Part shown: one piece after another, positions 20,801 to 29,246 of the stretch
Layout of the letters: each line of letters starts with the position of its first letter
Position numbering within the stretch: the stretch's first letter is position 1
DNA from: Candidatus Poriferihabitaceae bacterium
Lineage (GTDB): Bacteria; Pseudomonadota; Gammaproteobacteria; Arenicellales; Poriferihabitantaceae
NCBI GenBank assembly: GCA_965203265.1
Contig: CBDBBV010000002.1
Span: forward strand, 1,362,773 to 1,426,772
Reading direction: 5' to 3'
Length of the DNA: 64,000 nucleotides
Translations under genes and position numbers: made by a program
The notes under the pieces: generated by a model
The model's input: only the letters and a program-made list of their open reading frames with translations
Databases searched by the model: none
Told to the model about the DNA's origin: nothing

Positions 20801-22440
20801 ACGGAAGCGATCTCGGTGGCTGGATTGTGCCATTGGATCGCATTGACAAAGAATTGCGAGAAGAATTGAAGCACCCCGATTTCCGCTACACTGTCCCGGA
20901 AGTCACCACGGGCGATCAAGCCTTGAATTACATTCAGCATGTCTGGAGGCGTGCCCGCTCGTCACCTGAGAGACTGGCGATCGAGGTTCGCGACGTTCTC
21001 CCGGTCGCCTATGGGTACTGTTTGGAAGAGTGTTCCAAAGACGTTGAGCTCTCGGATTTATGGAACGCAGCAAAACCACAAGCAATGGTATTTGTGGAAC
21101 GAGAATGGGTCTCCTTGACGAACGCCAGCAATATCTACTTCGACGATATCGAAGATCGGCGCTTTATACCCAATAAAGGCGAATTTCAAACCGTCACGGG
21201 TGGGCATCTAGGCCGCGACCTGCCCGAACGGATTCGTACCGTGGGAGCACTTGACCTGCCGTATCTATCTTCAATTGTAAAACGTGATTGGGATGAAGGC
21301 GAGACGTTAGCAGTTTCCTTCGATTGGTCATCCAAATTCAAATTTATATGCAAACTTCTCCGGCAGGTGCGGGGAAATGATCCTGCGGAGGGCGACAGGG
21401 CGGATAATGGAACCGATACACGACTGCGTCTTCTCCATGTTAGTAAACTTTCTTTGAAAGTCAGCATCGGGAATTCCACTGCTGAAAGCGTACCTGTGCA
21501 CGCCCGAATCCACGAGAAAATTCTGACTGTTGCAGGCCAGCCACTTGAGTTCGGCACCGACGCATCCAAGGAACTTCGACGCCATTTCTCTTTCGGGCAA
21601 CGCGCTGATCTTGCAACGGATCTCACCGGAATGCTCATGACCATCAATGACCCGGATTCGTTTAATTCCGCCGCCGAAAAATTTCGGCGTGCGCATGTTC
21701 CTGATTATGAATTGCCTACAGAATTCCGTCATGAGGCCACAAGTGGAGACATGACTGGTTCGGCATACAAGCCAGATCAAACCACCGTAGAATCAGATGT
21801 ACCCATGAGTCGAGTCGCACCCTCAAATGGCGGCTCTAGCCCCGGCAGGTCCGACCTGTCCACAGATAGCGAGGCAGTCTATGCTCCATCCGGTATGCCC
21901 AATACACCCGGACATCGGGTGTCGAGCTCGATGGGCGGCTCGTATACCAAGAACAGAGCTAAAGCTCTTGCGGAAATCAAGCCGCCCCATCAACAAGACG
22001 ATACAAACAAGGTAGGAACGACTAATGGAAATCCCGGCGCGTTTCACGCAGACACAGAGGAACGACAAATCGCCGCGAAATACGAAAGAGAAGATGGTCG
22101 TGAACCGGAACTCCTTCCCTTCCACCACAAAGGCTGGGATATCCGTAGCACCGATCCGAAAAGCGGAACGGTTCGCCTGATCGAGGTGAAAGGAAAGGGA
22201 TGTCCATGGGTTCAGGATGAAATCGTGGAGCTGAGCCATACACAGTTACGCGCAGCATTCGAAGCATCCGGCGAACCGAACACAGATTGGTATCTCTATG
22301 TTGTGGAGAAGACGGACAACGGCGATTACCAAGTGCTACCTATTTCGAACCTAGACCTTAAAGCCAATTTGGTCCTCTGTGGTGAGTCTTGGCGGGGGTT
22401 GGCAGAAAACCCCAAACGCTTCGAAAACCCTTCACAATAA
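17878..22440 (+). CDS. 1520-aa protein: N-terminal GHKL/sacsin-like ATPase domain + long unassigned middle + C-terminal DUF3883-like PD-(D/E)xK nuclease domain
   Basis: GHKL motifs are FELVQNALDAG (N-box, ~nt 18079), QHDGN and GFMGIGFKS. The C-terminus is GWDIRS...RLIEVKGKG...DWYLYVVE (~nt 22057-22380). G+C falls sharply inside the gene: 28/60 at 18001-18060 versus 40/60 at 17101-17160 by hand count. The start is uncertain (GTG 17878, ATG 17926 or ATG 17938). Confidence 0.8.
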   Translation: MDMGGWHLSPTRDPLWMKRKMNDVEKKRKDFIEKLARKNRKLYGTSDGSGLLRVIKFAFEHSWVYVFELVQNALDAGARSVALRLTEDGDSLIFQHDGNCPIKKKDVKGLSKVLRSTKGASSVGFMGIGFKSIFTRFQEVRVSGWRWTFRYKVSQQVGGKYGDVQRDWLGAVIPIWDDTIAAPDGRFTTRFEMRQRTKRDTDLNSDLTHFLPDNDCTSLAILAVSGLKRLEINGRIWKLNVSAEHNGRSEATALSEGKIRRWRVFPVEFKPSREAVACFLEHRDIQPTEEKREQVEAEAARPRKVLGVLPLDENGIPDPPLRGRVYATLPTEVTVPFGLHIHADWLLNISRSGFKELEDNPWQRGITDKIADIIGAFLEWSADTHTQPDAVKATFNVLAPPLLEVGGLEKLLAEDSWLSRLRKRIEDSAVFPVWTGEPSTVKFAKPGEILVPPKPLTDAFEEKPELRPTDLLKGHVLRYDLLGDEALEFLRRIGFLTEMSPRDLERAWKDGLEEWWKTLPNNKKERRQLLFRIWAAVADLSYDEAWRDAKLPCIRSVTGKWLPVDEAAFIKGNLPKEDQPGGAETLQFMQPFIKDENRLPNQWITALDQWYSQPEDSDPMKKAWKWIKDEDNAKSISLKEIVEDAMNTLISSTTPDWSVLVPFGHWAKHGNRHDLLTHVLVESEDNPQGVPVREALLADPYIEHGQGRRCFFPDIPAIVPAYLERDPKNADAREWGEFFKRAGAQGQIEVLPIKKKAGRYDRNTVAEFLCRQVGKEDESNDDGYTLTDFDINPEIPESNAPEEQRMAFALWLNGEFNELKGKGKRQASYYFGKQKPPLEGKAPSIWVNKLSELAWIPCKDGKLRQPREILRQFDPAREDAPVAQLSSELMDVLEKEGVEFGTDIPEATALSRFLNIASKPDAKELAQCLSECRKQIETETDKNSFVQSLPNLNIPFGDDKHVPLNRIVRRAGTGYGSDLGGWIVPLDRIDKELREELKHPDFRYTVPEVTTGDQALNYIQHVWRRARSSPERLAIEVRDVLPVAYGYCLEECSKDVELSDLWNAAKPQAMVFVEREWVSLTNASNIYFDDIEDRRFIPNKGEFQTVTGGHLGRDLPERIRTVGALDLPYLSSIVKRDWDEGETLAVSFDWSSKFKFICKLLRQVRGNDPAEGDRADNGTDTRLRLLHVSKLSLKVSIGNSTAESVPVHARIHEKILTVAGQPLEFGTDASKELRRHFSFGQRADLATDLTGMLMTINDPDSFNSAAEKFRRAHVPDYELPTEFRHEATSGDMTGSAYKPDQTTVESDVPMSRVAPSNGGSSPGRSDLSTDSEAVYAPSGMPNTPGHRVSSSMGGSYTKNRAKALAEIKPPHQQDDTNKVGTTNGNPGAFHADTEERQIAAKYEREDGREPELLPFHHKGWDIRSTDPKSGTVRLIEVKGKGCPWVQDEIVELSHTQLRAAFEASGEPNTDWYLYVVEKTDNGDYQVLPISNLDLKANLVLCGESWRGLAENPKRFENPSQ

Positions 22441-22521
22441 TACCAGTCAGCTGGGTAACCTACCCCGCACCGTCTCCTCCATCCACATCCTCAAGCGCCT
22501 CGGCGCCGCCCCGGCCGCCCA

Positions 22522-23649
22522 TCAGTCGGTCAAACAATCCGTCAGCGAATCCGCCAGATTCTGCATCAGGGCGAACCATGCGTCCGCGCCCGGTTGCAAT
22601 CCTGCACCGAGTGGGTCGAGGACGCCGCCGGTGGCGGCGGTGTCGGCTACCAGGGTGGTAACCAAGCCGGGCGGGAATTGGGGTTCGCGGAAGATGCAGT
22701 TGGCGTTGCGTTCTTGGATCAGTTCCTTGATTTCGCGGACTCGTTTGGCGCCGGGGGGTACCTCCGGGTTGATGGTCAGGGCACCGGCCGGGTGCAGGTC
22801 GAATTCGTGCTCGAAATACTGGTAGGCGTCATGGAAGACGATATATGGCGCCTCCGCAACCCCGCTCAGTTGTTCGCGCAGGGATTGTTGCGTGCGATCC
22901 AGCTTGGACAGGAGTTCGCGGGAATTGGCCTCGTAGCGATCGCGGTTGGCCGGATCCATGCGCGTCAGTTGGGCGGTTACGATGTGGGCGATGGCGCGCG
23001 CATTGGCGAACGACAGCCACAGGTGCGGATCAATCCGCGCGCGGTCGGCGGCGTGGTCGTCATGATCGTCATGGGCTTCATCGTCATGGCCTGCATGATC
23101 ATCATGGCCCTCGTCTTCATGGCCTGCATAATTGTCATGGCCCTCGTCTTCATGGCCTGCATGATCGTCATGGCCTTCGTCGTCATGGCCGGCATGATCG
23201 TCATGACCTTCATGGTCGTCATGGTCATGCCCTGGCCAGTGGCCGCCTTCTCGTTGTGGCAGCAGGGTTATCTCGTCGCTTTCCAGCAGGGTAACGACCT
23301 GCGTCTCGGCGCGCCGTTCGTGCAGAATTTTCTCCAGAGAACGCTCGATTTGCGGGCCGATCCAGACGACCAGATCCGCCTTTTCCAGCATGCGCGCCTG
23401 AGAGGGTTTCAGCTGGCTTACATGGGGGGACTGACCCGCCGGCATCAGCAACTGCGGTTCGCCGACATCGTGCATGAGGGCGGACACCAGCGAGTGCACC
23501 GGCAGCATGGAGGCGACTACTTTGGGGGCGGCGTAGGCCGATACGGATGCCAACAAAATCGCCCCGCCGAGCAGGAATCGAGGCAGGACGGACGATCCGG
23601 TGCCGGCGAGGCGAGAACGAAGGCGAAGGGATGTGGATGGATGAGACAT
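22522..23649 (-). CDS. znuA: zinc ABC transporter periplasmic binding protein ZnuA with long His/Asp/Glu-rich loop
   Basis: It has a signal peptide, a ~60-aa loop (GHDHDDHEGHDDHAGHDDEGHDDHAGHEDEGHD...), and sits in a znu/zur context. Confidence 0.9.
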   Translation of the reverse strand: MSHPSTSLRLRSRLAGTGSSVLPRFLLGGAILLASVSAYAAPKVVASMLPVHSLVSALMHDVGEPQLLMPAGQSPHVSQLKPSQARMLEKADLVVWIGPQIERSLEKILHERRAETQVVTLLESDEITLLPQREGGHWPGHDHDDHEGHDDHAGHDDEGHDDHAGHEDEGHDNYAGHEDEGHDDHAGHDDEAHDDHDDHAADRARIDPHLWLSFANARAIAHIVTAQLTRMDPANRDRYEANSRELLSKLDRTQQSLREQLSGVAEAPYIVFHDAYQYFEHEFDLHPAGALTINPEVPPGAKRVREIKELIQERNANCIFREPQFPPGLVTTLVADTAATGGVLDPLGAGLQPGADAWFALMQNLADSLTDCLTD

Positions 23650-23683
23650 GAGCGGCTCCGAATGAGATGGTTGATGAAATGAT

Positions 23684-23725
23684 GTTACAGTATAACACGA
23701 ATAATGTTATAGTATTACATAACAA
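23684..23725. promoter_or_regulatory. two adjacent Zur-box-like palindromes in the znuA / zur-znuCB divergent promoter
   Basis: TGTTACAGTATAACA (23684-23698) and ATGTTATAGTATTACAT (23703-23719) lie in an AT-rich 118-bp intergenic region. They resemble the TGTTATAnTATAACA-type Zur operator. Confidence 0.65.
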
Positions 23726-23767
23726 TTTCACCGCCTCAGCCCCACAGCCCCTATCCCCACATCCACA

Positions 23768-24247
23768 ATGCCCACCACCTCCGCATTCCACCCCCACTCC
23801 CACAATCACGACCACTGCATCGCCACAGCGATGACGCAGGCGGAAAACATCTGCCGGCGCAAGGGCGTGCGCTTCACCCCCATCCGCCGCCGGGTGCTGG
23901 AGTTGATTTGGGCGAACCCCCGCCCGGTGTCCGCCTACGACCTGCTACAGCAACTGCGCCGGGAAAAGCGCAATGCCGAGCCGCCCACCGTATACCGCGC
24001 CCTCGATTTCCTGCTGGCACACCAACTGGTGCACAAGATCGTGTCCTTGAACGCCTTTGTCGGCTGCCCCCATCCCCAGCGCCGCCATGACGCCCAGTTC
24101 CTGATCTGCAGCGACTGCCGCCAAGTGGCGGAGATCGATGACGCCGATCTGCAGCGCACCATCGAATCCGCGGCTCACCGAGGCGGCCTCGAGGCGGCGC
24201 GCCCGACCATCGAGATCACCGGCCTCTGCCCGCGATGCCGCCAGTGA
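23768..24247 (+). CDS. zur: Fur-family zinc uptake regulator Zur
   Basis: Motifs RFTPIRRRVLELIWANPRPVSAYDLL and CPHPQRRHDAQFLICSDCRQV...CPRC. It is adjacent to znuCB. Confidence 0.85.
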   Translation: MPTTSAFHPHSHNHDHCIATAMTQAENICRRKGVRFTPIRRRVLELIWANPRPVSAYDLLQQLRREKRNAEPPTVYRALDFLLAHQLVHKIVSLNAFVGCPHPQRRHDAQFLICSDCRQVAEIDDADLQRTIESAAHRGGLEAARPTIEITGLCPRCRQ

Positions 24248-25050
24248 GCGCAACCCCCTCGCCCCCGCCGACTCCGCTCATCCACCTCGAGCGGATTACC
24301 ATCGAGCGAGACGGGCAGACCATCTTGCAGAATGTCGATCTGTCGGTCGGCATCGGCGAAATCGTTACCCTGATCGGGCCGAACGGCGCCGGCAAGAGCA
24401 CGCTGGTCAAGATCGCCCTGAACCTGCTCACGCCGGATCGCGGCACTGTGCAGCGGCGTGCCGGATTGTCCATCGGCTATGTTCCGCAGACCGTCGATTT
24501 CGACCAGACCCTGCCGCTCACGGTGGAACGCTTCCTCAAACTGGGGCATCGCTACGCGGCGGCGGCCATCGACCAAATGTTGGCGCAGGTGGGCGTGGCC
24601 GGATTGCGCGCGGCGCCGATGCACTCCATATCCGGCGGCGAAATGCGGCGGGTGCTGCTCGCCCGGGCGCTGTTGCGCGACCCCGACCTACTGATCATGG
24701 ACGAGCCCAGCGCCGGCATGGACATCAACGGGCAAGCCGAACTGTATCGCCTGATTCAAGCGATCCGCGACCAACGCAGATGTGGCATCCTGCTGGTCTC
24801 CCACGATCTGTACATGGTCATGGCGTCCACCGACCGAGTGTTCTGCATCAACCGGCACATCTGCTGCTGCGGCCAACCGGAAGATGTACGCCGCCATCCG
24901 CAATTTCTCGCGCTGTTCGGGCGGCAGGCCGCCGAAGAATTGGCCGTCTACCACCACCGCCACGATCACCAACACGACCTGCACGGCGCCGTCGGATCCG
25001 ACCAACCCGCCCCATCCGCCCACTCCACCGAAGCGCCGCACAATGGATGA
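24235..25050 (+). CDS. znuC: zinc ABC transporter ATPase ZnuC
   Basis: Walker A GPNGAGKST, ABC signature SGGEMRRVLLARAL and Walker B LLIMDEP. Confidence 0.9.
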   Translation: MPPVSATPSPPPTPLIHLERITIERDGQTILQNVDLSVGIGEIVTLIGPNGAGKSTLVKIALNLLTPDRGTVQRRAGLSIGYVPQTVDFDQTLPLTVERFLKLGHRYAAAAIDQMLAQVGVAGLRAAPMHSISGGEMRRVLLARALLRDPDLLIMDEPSAGMDINGQAELYRLIQAIRDQRRCGILLVSHDLYMVMASTDRVFCINRHICCCGQPEDVRRHPQFLALFGRQAAEELAVYHHRHDHQHDLHGAVGSDQPAPSAHSTEAPHNG

Positions 25051-25843
25051 CTTCCTGCTGCGGGCACTGCTCGGCGGCCTCGGCGTCGCCGCCATCTGCG
25101 GCCCGCTGGGTTGTCTCGTGGTATGGCAGCGAATGGCGTATTTCGGCGCCACCTTGGCGCACTCCGCGTTGTTGGGGGTCGCTATGGGCTTGTTCTTCCG
25201 GCTCAATCTGCAACTGTCCATCCTGCTGATCTCCCTCGCGGTTTCCTTTCTGCTGGTGCTGATGAACCGGCGCCGCCAGCTCAGCGCCGACACCATCCTC
25301 GGCATCCTCGCCCACGGCACGCTGGCGCTCGGATTGGTGCTGTTGTCGCTGTTGCCGGGGGTGCGCTTCGATCTGCTCATCTACCTGTTTGGCGACATAT
25401 TGGCCATCCGCCGCTTCGACCTCCTGTGGATATTCTTCGGCGGAACTGGCGTCCTGCTGACCCTCGCAATCGTCCGCCAGCCGCTGCTGTCGCTCATCAT
25501 CCAACGCGACCTCGCGCTGGTGGACGGCGTGAACGAAAATCGAATACGCGCCATATTCTTCCTCCTGTTGAGTCTGGTGGTGGCCGTTTCCATGCAGGTG
25601 GTCGGCCTCCTGTTGATCGTGTCGCTGCTGATCATCCCGGCCGCCACGGCGCGCTATTTCGCCAATTCGCCGGAAACGATGGCGCTACTGGCCATGCTCT
25701 TCGGCATGATCTCCGTGGGCGGCGGTCTCGCCATGTCGCTGCTTTTCGACACCCCCGCCGGCCCCTCCATCGTGGTGGTCGGCACCACGATATTCGCCCT
25801 CACGGCCTCGCTCGCCGCCCTCAGGCGGATTGGCGGCGGGTGA
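25043..25843 (+). CDS. znuB: zinc ABC transporter permease ZnuB
   Basis: Track ORF trimmed to MDDFLLRALLGGLGVAAICGPLGCLVVWQRMAYFG. It is polytopic and hydrophobic. Its start overlaps the znuC stop. Confidence 0.9.
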   Translation: MDDFLLRALLGGLGVAAICGPLGCLVVWQRMAYFGATLAHSALLGVAMGLFFRLNLQLSILLISLAVSFLLVLMNRRRQLSADTILGILAHGTLALGLVLLSLLPGVRFDLLIYLFGDILAIRRFDLLWIFFGGTGVLLTLAIVRQPLLSLIIQRDLALVDGVNENRIRAIFFLLLSLVVAVSMQVVGLLLIVSLLIIPAATARYFANSPETMALLAMLFGMISVGGGLAMSLLFDTPAGPSIVVVGTTIFALTASLAALRRIGGG

Positions 25844-25877
25844 TTCGTTTGCGCGCGGACGGCAAGCGGGGCCGGAT

Positions 25878-25915
25878 AAAAAAGGGCGGCGGCGCCTTGA
25901 GGAATCGCCGCCGCC
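25878..25915 (-). terminator. intrinsic terminator downstream of the autotransporter gene (possibly bidirectional)
   Basis: GGCGGCGGCG (25885-25894) pairs with CGCCGCCGCC (25906-25915) around an 11-nt loop. The A6 run at 25878-25883 reads as U6 after the hairpin on the minus strand. Confidence 0.7.
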
Positions 25916-25979
25916 TTGGGCAAATGATGCATAACCTGAACGGCGCGACCATAGCCATACAGCACGCCGTTCGTGATGG

Positions 25980-28900
25980 TCAGAATCGTGTCTCGCCCTT
26001 CAATAGAACTGCGTGGTCGGCATCCGCATTCGCCGATTCGCGGCGTTCGCCGGATAGGCGCAGGGTGAACGGGAACGAGCCTTTGGAAGCCCAATCCACG
26101 CCCAGACGATACAGTTTGCCGTTTTCTTGCAGAGTCAGGCCGCCCCATGGGGTGAGTAGGCCGTTTCGTTGGCCGGGGGTGGATAGGCCGTAGCCCATGC
26201 GTATTTCCAGTCGTCCGCTGGGGTCGTGGGCGACAGGAGAAGCGTCTCCGCGCAGGCCGTTCGACCAGATTTGGCCGGTGTTGCCGCCGCCGTTGTTGCC
26301 ATAGCCGGGGCGCATCACGAAGGACAGGCCCTGCCCATCGGCGCCGGGGGAGTTGCGTAGGGTGGCTTGGATGCCCCATTCCTCGTAGTCGTTTCGGCCA
26401 AGTAGGGCGTGGGCTGTGGCGGAGGCGTTTATGCCGGTTTGCGGGTTGGTATAGCGCACGCCGGTGGCGATTTCCGCGCCGGCGCCGGTGTTGCCGTCTC
26501 CGCCGTCGTGGCGCATTCCGAGGGAGAATGACGGGGAAAGGTGGCCGCCGTTGGTGAGGCTACGAGTGCGGCTGGCTTCGGCGGCTAGGCGCATGAGGGT
26601 GGCGTCTACCGTGAGGGCGGCGGTTTGTTCGCTTTTTTCTACCTCCATCTCGGTTTGCGTGAATTCGCCTTTGAGGCGCACGTTGGCGGTGCCGTCGGCG
26701 CTCGACCACAACAGGCCGCTGCCGCCGGTGCCGATGGTGCGTAGGTTTACATCGCTGGATGTGGCTGGGCTGCCTTCGGGGGTGATTTCCACTTCGCCGC
26801 TGCCGTAACCGGCGGTAGCCCACCAACTCAGCGCGCCTGAACGCCAGCCGAGGTAGGGGTGGATGGCTTGTATATCGATCTCGTAATCGCCCTGGCCACC
26901 GCCGCCTTCGCCGGTGTCTTGGTAGTCGAACTCGCCCTCGCTCCACGATAGGGCTAGGCCGGCCAACAAGTTTTCCCGCAGTATGCTGTCTACGCCGATT
27001 TGTGCGCCGTGCAGGTTGCCGTCGAATTCCAACCCGTCGTTTTCGCCGGAGAGGTTGCGGTATTCGCCACTGCCCCACAGGGAGGTTTTGCGCACGCCGT
27101 CTGCGCGACTACTTTCGGTGTGAAACGGCAGAACGAATCGGCTACCGTGCAACAGGTCGCGTAGGGGGCGGTTTTCGTTGATCAAGCCGGGGGCGTGAGT
27201 TTGCAAGGTGCCCGCGAGGGAACTTTGGCCGCCGAGATTGGCCGAGGCGGTGCCGCCGCCCCCACCGCCGCCATTTAGCACCTGCCCGACTCGCGCCGAA
27301 ATAGCACCGGTCACCCGACCGGCCACGGCGCGCGCTACTTCGGGTAGGGCGGTGCGGTGTATCTGCTCCGTGGGGGTTTTCGGGGCGTCTTTATCGGTGA
27401 TGGTTATCGTCACCGAATTGGGACTGCCGGCGGTTACCGTGGCGGGTAGGGTGCCGAGGGCGACTGTGAAGGTTTCGTTGTCGGCATCGGCGTCCTGCGT
27501 GGTGGTGATGGTGCCGGTGGCGCTGGTTTGGCCGCTTGATATGGTGATGCTCGACAAGGTGCCGTAATCGCTGGAATCGGTGCCGCTACCGGCGGTTAGC
27601 GTTAGCGGAATGACCACATCGGCACTGGGACTGAGCGCCGCCGACAGGGTGGCCGTTATGGTTACGGAAGTGCCCTCGGCTACCGTGCTCGGCGTGGCCG
27701 AGAGGCGTACAGTGGGGATAGTGGGGGTAGTCGGTGCCGATTGCGGCAGTCGTAGGCTGAGGGGCACTGTGTTGCCCGCGGTCCAGCTCAAGCCGGTGTT
27801 CGACCAGACGGCTTGTCGACCGGTGATCGTGGCGCTCGACAGGGCGAAGGCGGTAGTGCCGACATAGAACGAGTAGGTTTTCAGCTTGGTGCTGGGGGCA
27901 AGGCCGAAACTCACGGTCAGGGTGCCGCTATTGACGGTGATTCGATTAATCGCCACCCTTACGCCATCAATCACAACACCATTGTCGTTCAAATTGAGCG
28001 AACTGTCCGTGGTGGAGCAGGTAGTAGCACCCACACCAATGCAGCCCAAGCCGTCCGCTCCGGCGTTGGTGATAGTCAGCGTGTCCGACCACAGGGTGCG
28101 CCCCGGCGTCCCCGTACCCGTAACCCACGAGCCGCCGCCCCCCGCGTTCACCGCCCGCACCCGCACATCGTAGGATGTATCGTCGGTCAGTCCCGTGATC
28201 TCCCCGCTCGCCGTGGTGCCGCTGTGTGCGGCGTCCACCCAGCCGGTGGACGGATCGCCCGCCGTGCTCGCCGCCTGATTCGCCGCGCTCGTCAACTTAT
28301 ACTGCACATCGTAGCCGCTGAGCGCCCGCGAGCCGGTGTCCGTCGGCGCGGTCCAAGTGGCGATCAGCTTACCGGGTTCCTGCTCAAGCACGAGGCCGGT
28401 GGGCGCGCCGGGGGCGACTGCCGCCGTCCGTTGTAGCGTTACCGGCAGCACCTGCCCTACGCTCCAAGTCTGCGTGGTGGTCCACTCAGCGCTCGCGCCC
28501 GTTTCCGTATGCAAAGGGAAAGGCTGGCCGCCTACATGCAGCGAGTACTCCCGCAAGGCGGCGCTCGGTGCTGGGTTGAGATTGAAGGAGGCAAAACCTG
28601 CATCGACATAAAGCCCTGTCACCGTGTGCGTCGTGCCGCTCAGAGTGATCGTGTTGTCCGTGAGCCTTGCTGCATCGCTACACCGGAAGGCGGTCACACT
28701 GTTGTCGCAGCCGTACTGGGATGATTGCTGCGCTACCGTCAGCGTGGCCGCCCAAATCGGCTGGTCGCTGGCGTCTTGCCGGGTGATGCGCACCATGTAG
28801 GTCTTTTTGGTGGTGCCGTCCTGCGCGGTAACCTCCACCATGATCGCATTCGCCCCCTCCGTCAGCACGATGGCGGCGCTGTCCGTGCCGCTGCTCACCG

Positions 28901-29165
28901 CCGTCAGGGGGGCGCTCTTGCCCACTTTCACGGTGGCGTTGGACTGGTTCACAGTCGGCGTCAGTTTGACATGGCTGATCGAATTCGCCACCAATGCCGA
29001 GTACTCGACAGTAGTGGCGGCGAAGGTGGAAGGGGACAGCGTGAGCGCGGAGAATGTACCCGTTTCGCTCGTACTGCGCGAGGCAGTCAAGGCGCTCAGG
29101 GTGGCGTCGGTGGATTGGGCGGTGGCCGGGAGAGTTGTGAACAGAAACAATGCGCCCGCGAGCAA
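25980..29165 (-). CDS. autotransporter-type outer-membrane protein with repeat-rich passenger (cadherin-like/FN3/Calx-beta-like segments); 5' end probably extends to ATG 29323 across a poly-C tract
   Basis: The C-terminal beta-barrel region (SLWGSGEYRNLSGENDGLEFDGNLHGAQIGVD...) ends in the LLKGETRF terminal Phe. An FN3-like segment reads APGAPTGLV...GYDVQYK. The track start is TTG at 29165, which lacks a charged signal n-region. Confidence 0.8.
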   Translation of the reverse strand: MLAGALFLFTTLPATAQSTDATLSALTASRSTSETGTFSALTLSPSTFAATTVEYSALVANSISHVKLTPTVNQSNATVKVGKSAPLTAVSSGTDSAAIVLTEGANAIMVEVTAQDGTTKKTYMVRITRQDASDQPIWAATLTVAQQSSQYGCDNSVTAFRCSDAARLTDNTITLSGTTHTVTGLYVDAGFASFNLNPAPSAALREYSLHVGGQPFPLHTETGASAEWTTTQTWSVGQVLPVTLQRTAAVAPGAPTGLVLEQEPGKLIATWTAPTDTGSRALSGYDVQYKLTSAANQAASTAGDPSTGWVDAAHSGTTASGEITGLTDDTSYDVRVRAVNAGGGGSWVTGTGTPGRTLWSDTLTITNAGADGLGCIGVGATTCSTTDSSLNLNDNGVVIDGVRVAINRITVNSGTLTVSFGLAPSTKLKTYSFYVGTTAFALSSATITGRQAVWSNTGLSWTAGNTVPLSLRLPQSAPTTPTIPTVRLSATPSTVAEGTSVTITATLSAALSPSADVVIPLTLTAGSGTDSSDYGTLSSITISSGQTSATGTITTTQDADADNETFTVALGTLPATVTAGSPNSVTITITDKDAPKTPTEQIHRTALPEVARAVAGRVTGAISARVGQVLNGGGGGGGTASANLGGQSSLAGTLQTHAPGLINENRPLRDLLHGSRFVLPFHTESSRADGVRKTSLWGSGEYRNLSGENDGLEFDGNLHGAQIGVDSILRENLLAGLALSWSEGEFDYQDTGEGGGGQGDYEIDIQAIHPYLGWRSGALSWWATAGYGSGEVEITPEGSPATSSDVNLRTIGTGGSGLLWSSADGTANVRLKGEFTQTEMEVEKSEQTAALTVDATLMRLAAEASRTRSLTNGGHLSPSFSLGMRHDGGDGNTGAGAEIATGVRYTNPQTGINASATAHALLGRNDYEEWGIQATLRNSPGADGQGLSFVMRPGYGNNGGGNTGQIWSNGLRGDASPVAHDPSGRLEIRMGYGLSTPGQRNGLLTPWGGLTLQENGKLYRLGVDWASKGSFPFTLRLSGERRESANADADHAVLLKGETRF

Positions 29166-29224
29166 TGCGGCGCATAGACCGATTTGGCGGCGGGCGGCTA
29201 CCCCCGCCGATTTAAACGTTAATA

Positions 29225-29246
29225 GGGGGGGGGGGGGGGGGGGGGG
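29225..29246. repeat. homopolymer G22 (C22 on the coding strand of the autotransporter)
   Basis: Counted directly as 6+10+6 G. It lies between an RBS-preceded ATG (29323) and the signal-peptide-like region of the autotransporter. Confidence 0.95.

Noticed and set aside
17866-22505. GCGCCTCGG on both sides of the giant low-GC gene (17866-17874 and 22494-22502), considered as a possible att/target duplication
   Set aside because: A 9-nt GC-rich match is expected by chance in this genome and does not sit exactly at the composition boundaries.
23040-23235. Internal ~30-33-bp tandem repeats in znuA
   Set aside because: They encode the His/Asp/Glu-rich metal-binding loop (GHDDHAGHDDE...) that is a known feature of ZnuA proteins. 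The loop is unusually long here but needs no new explanation.
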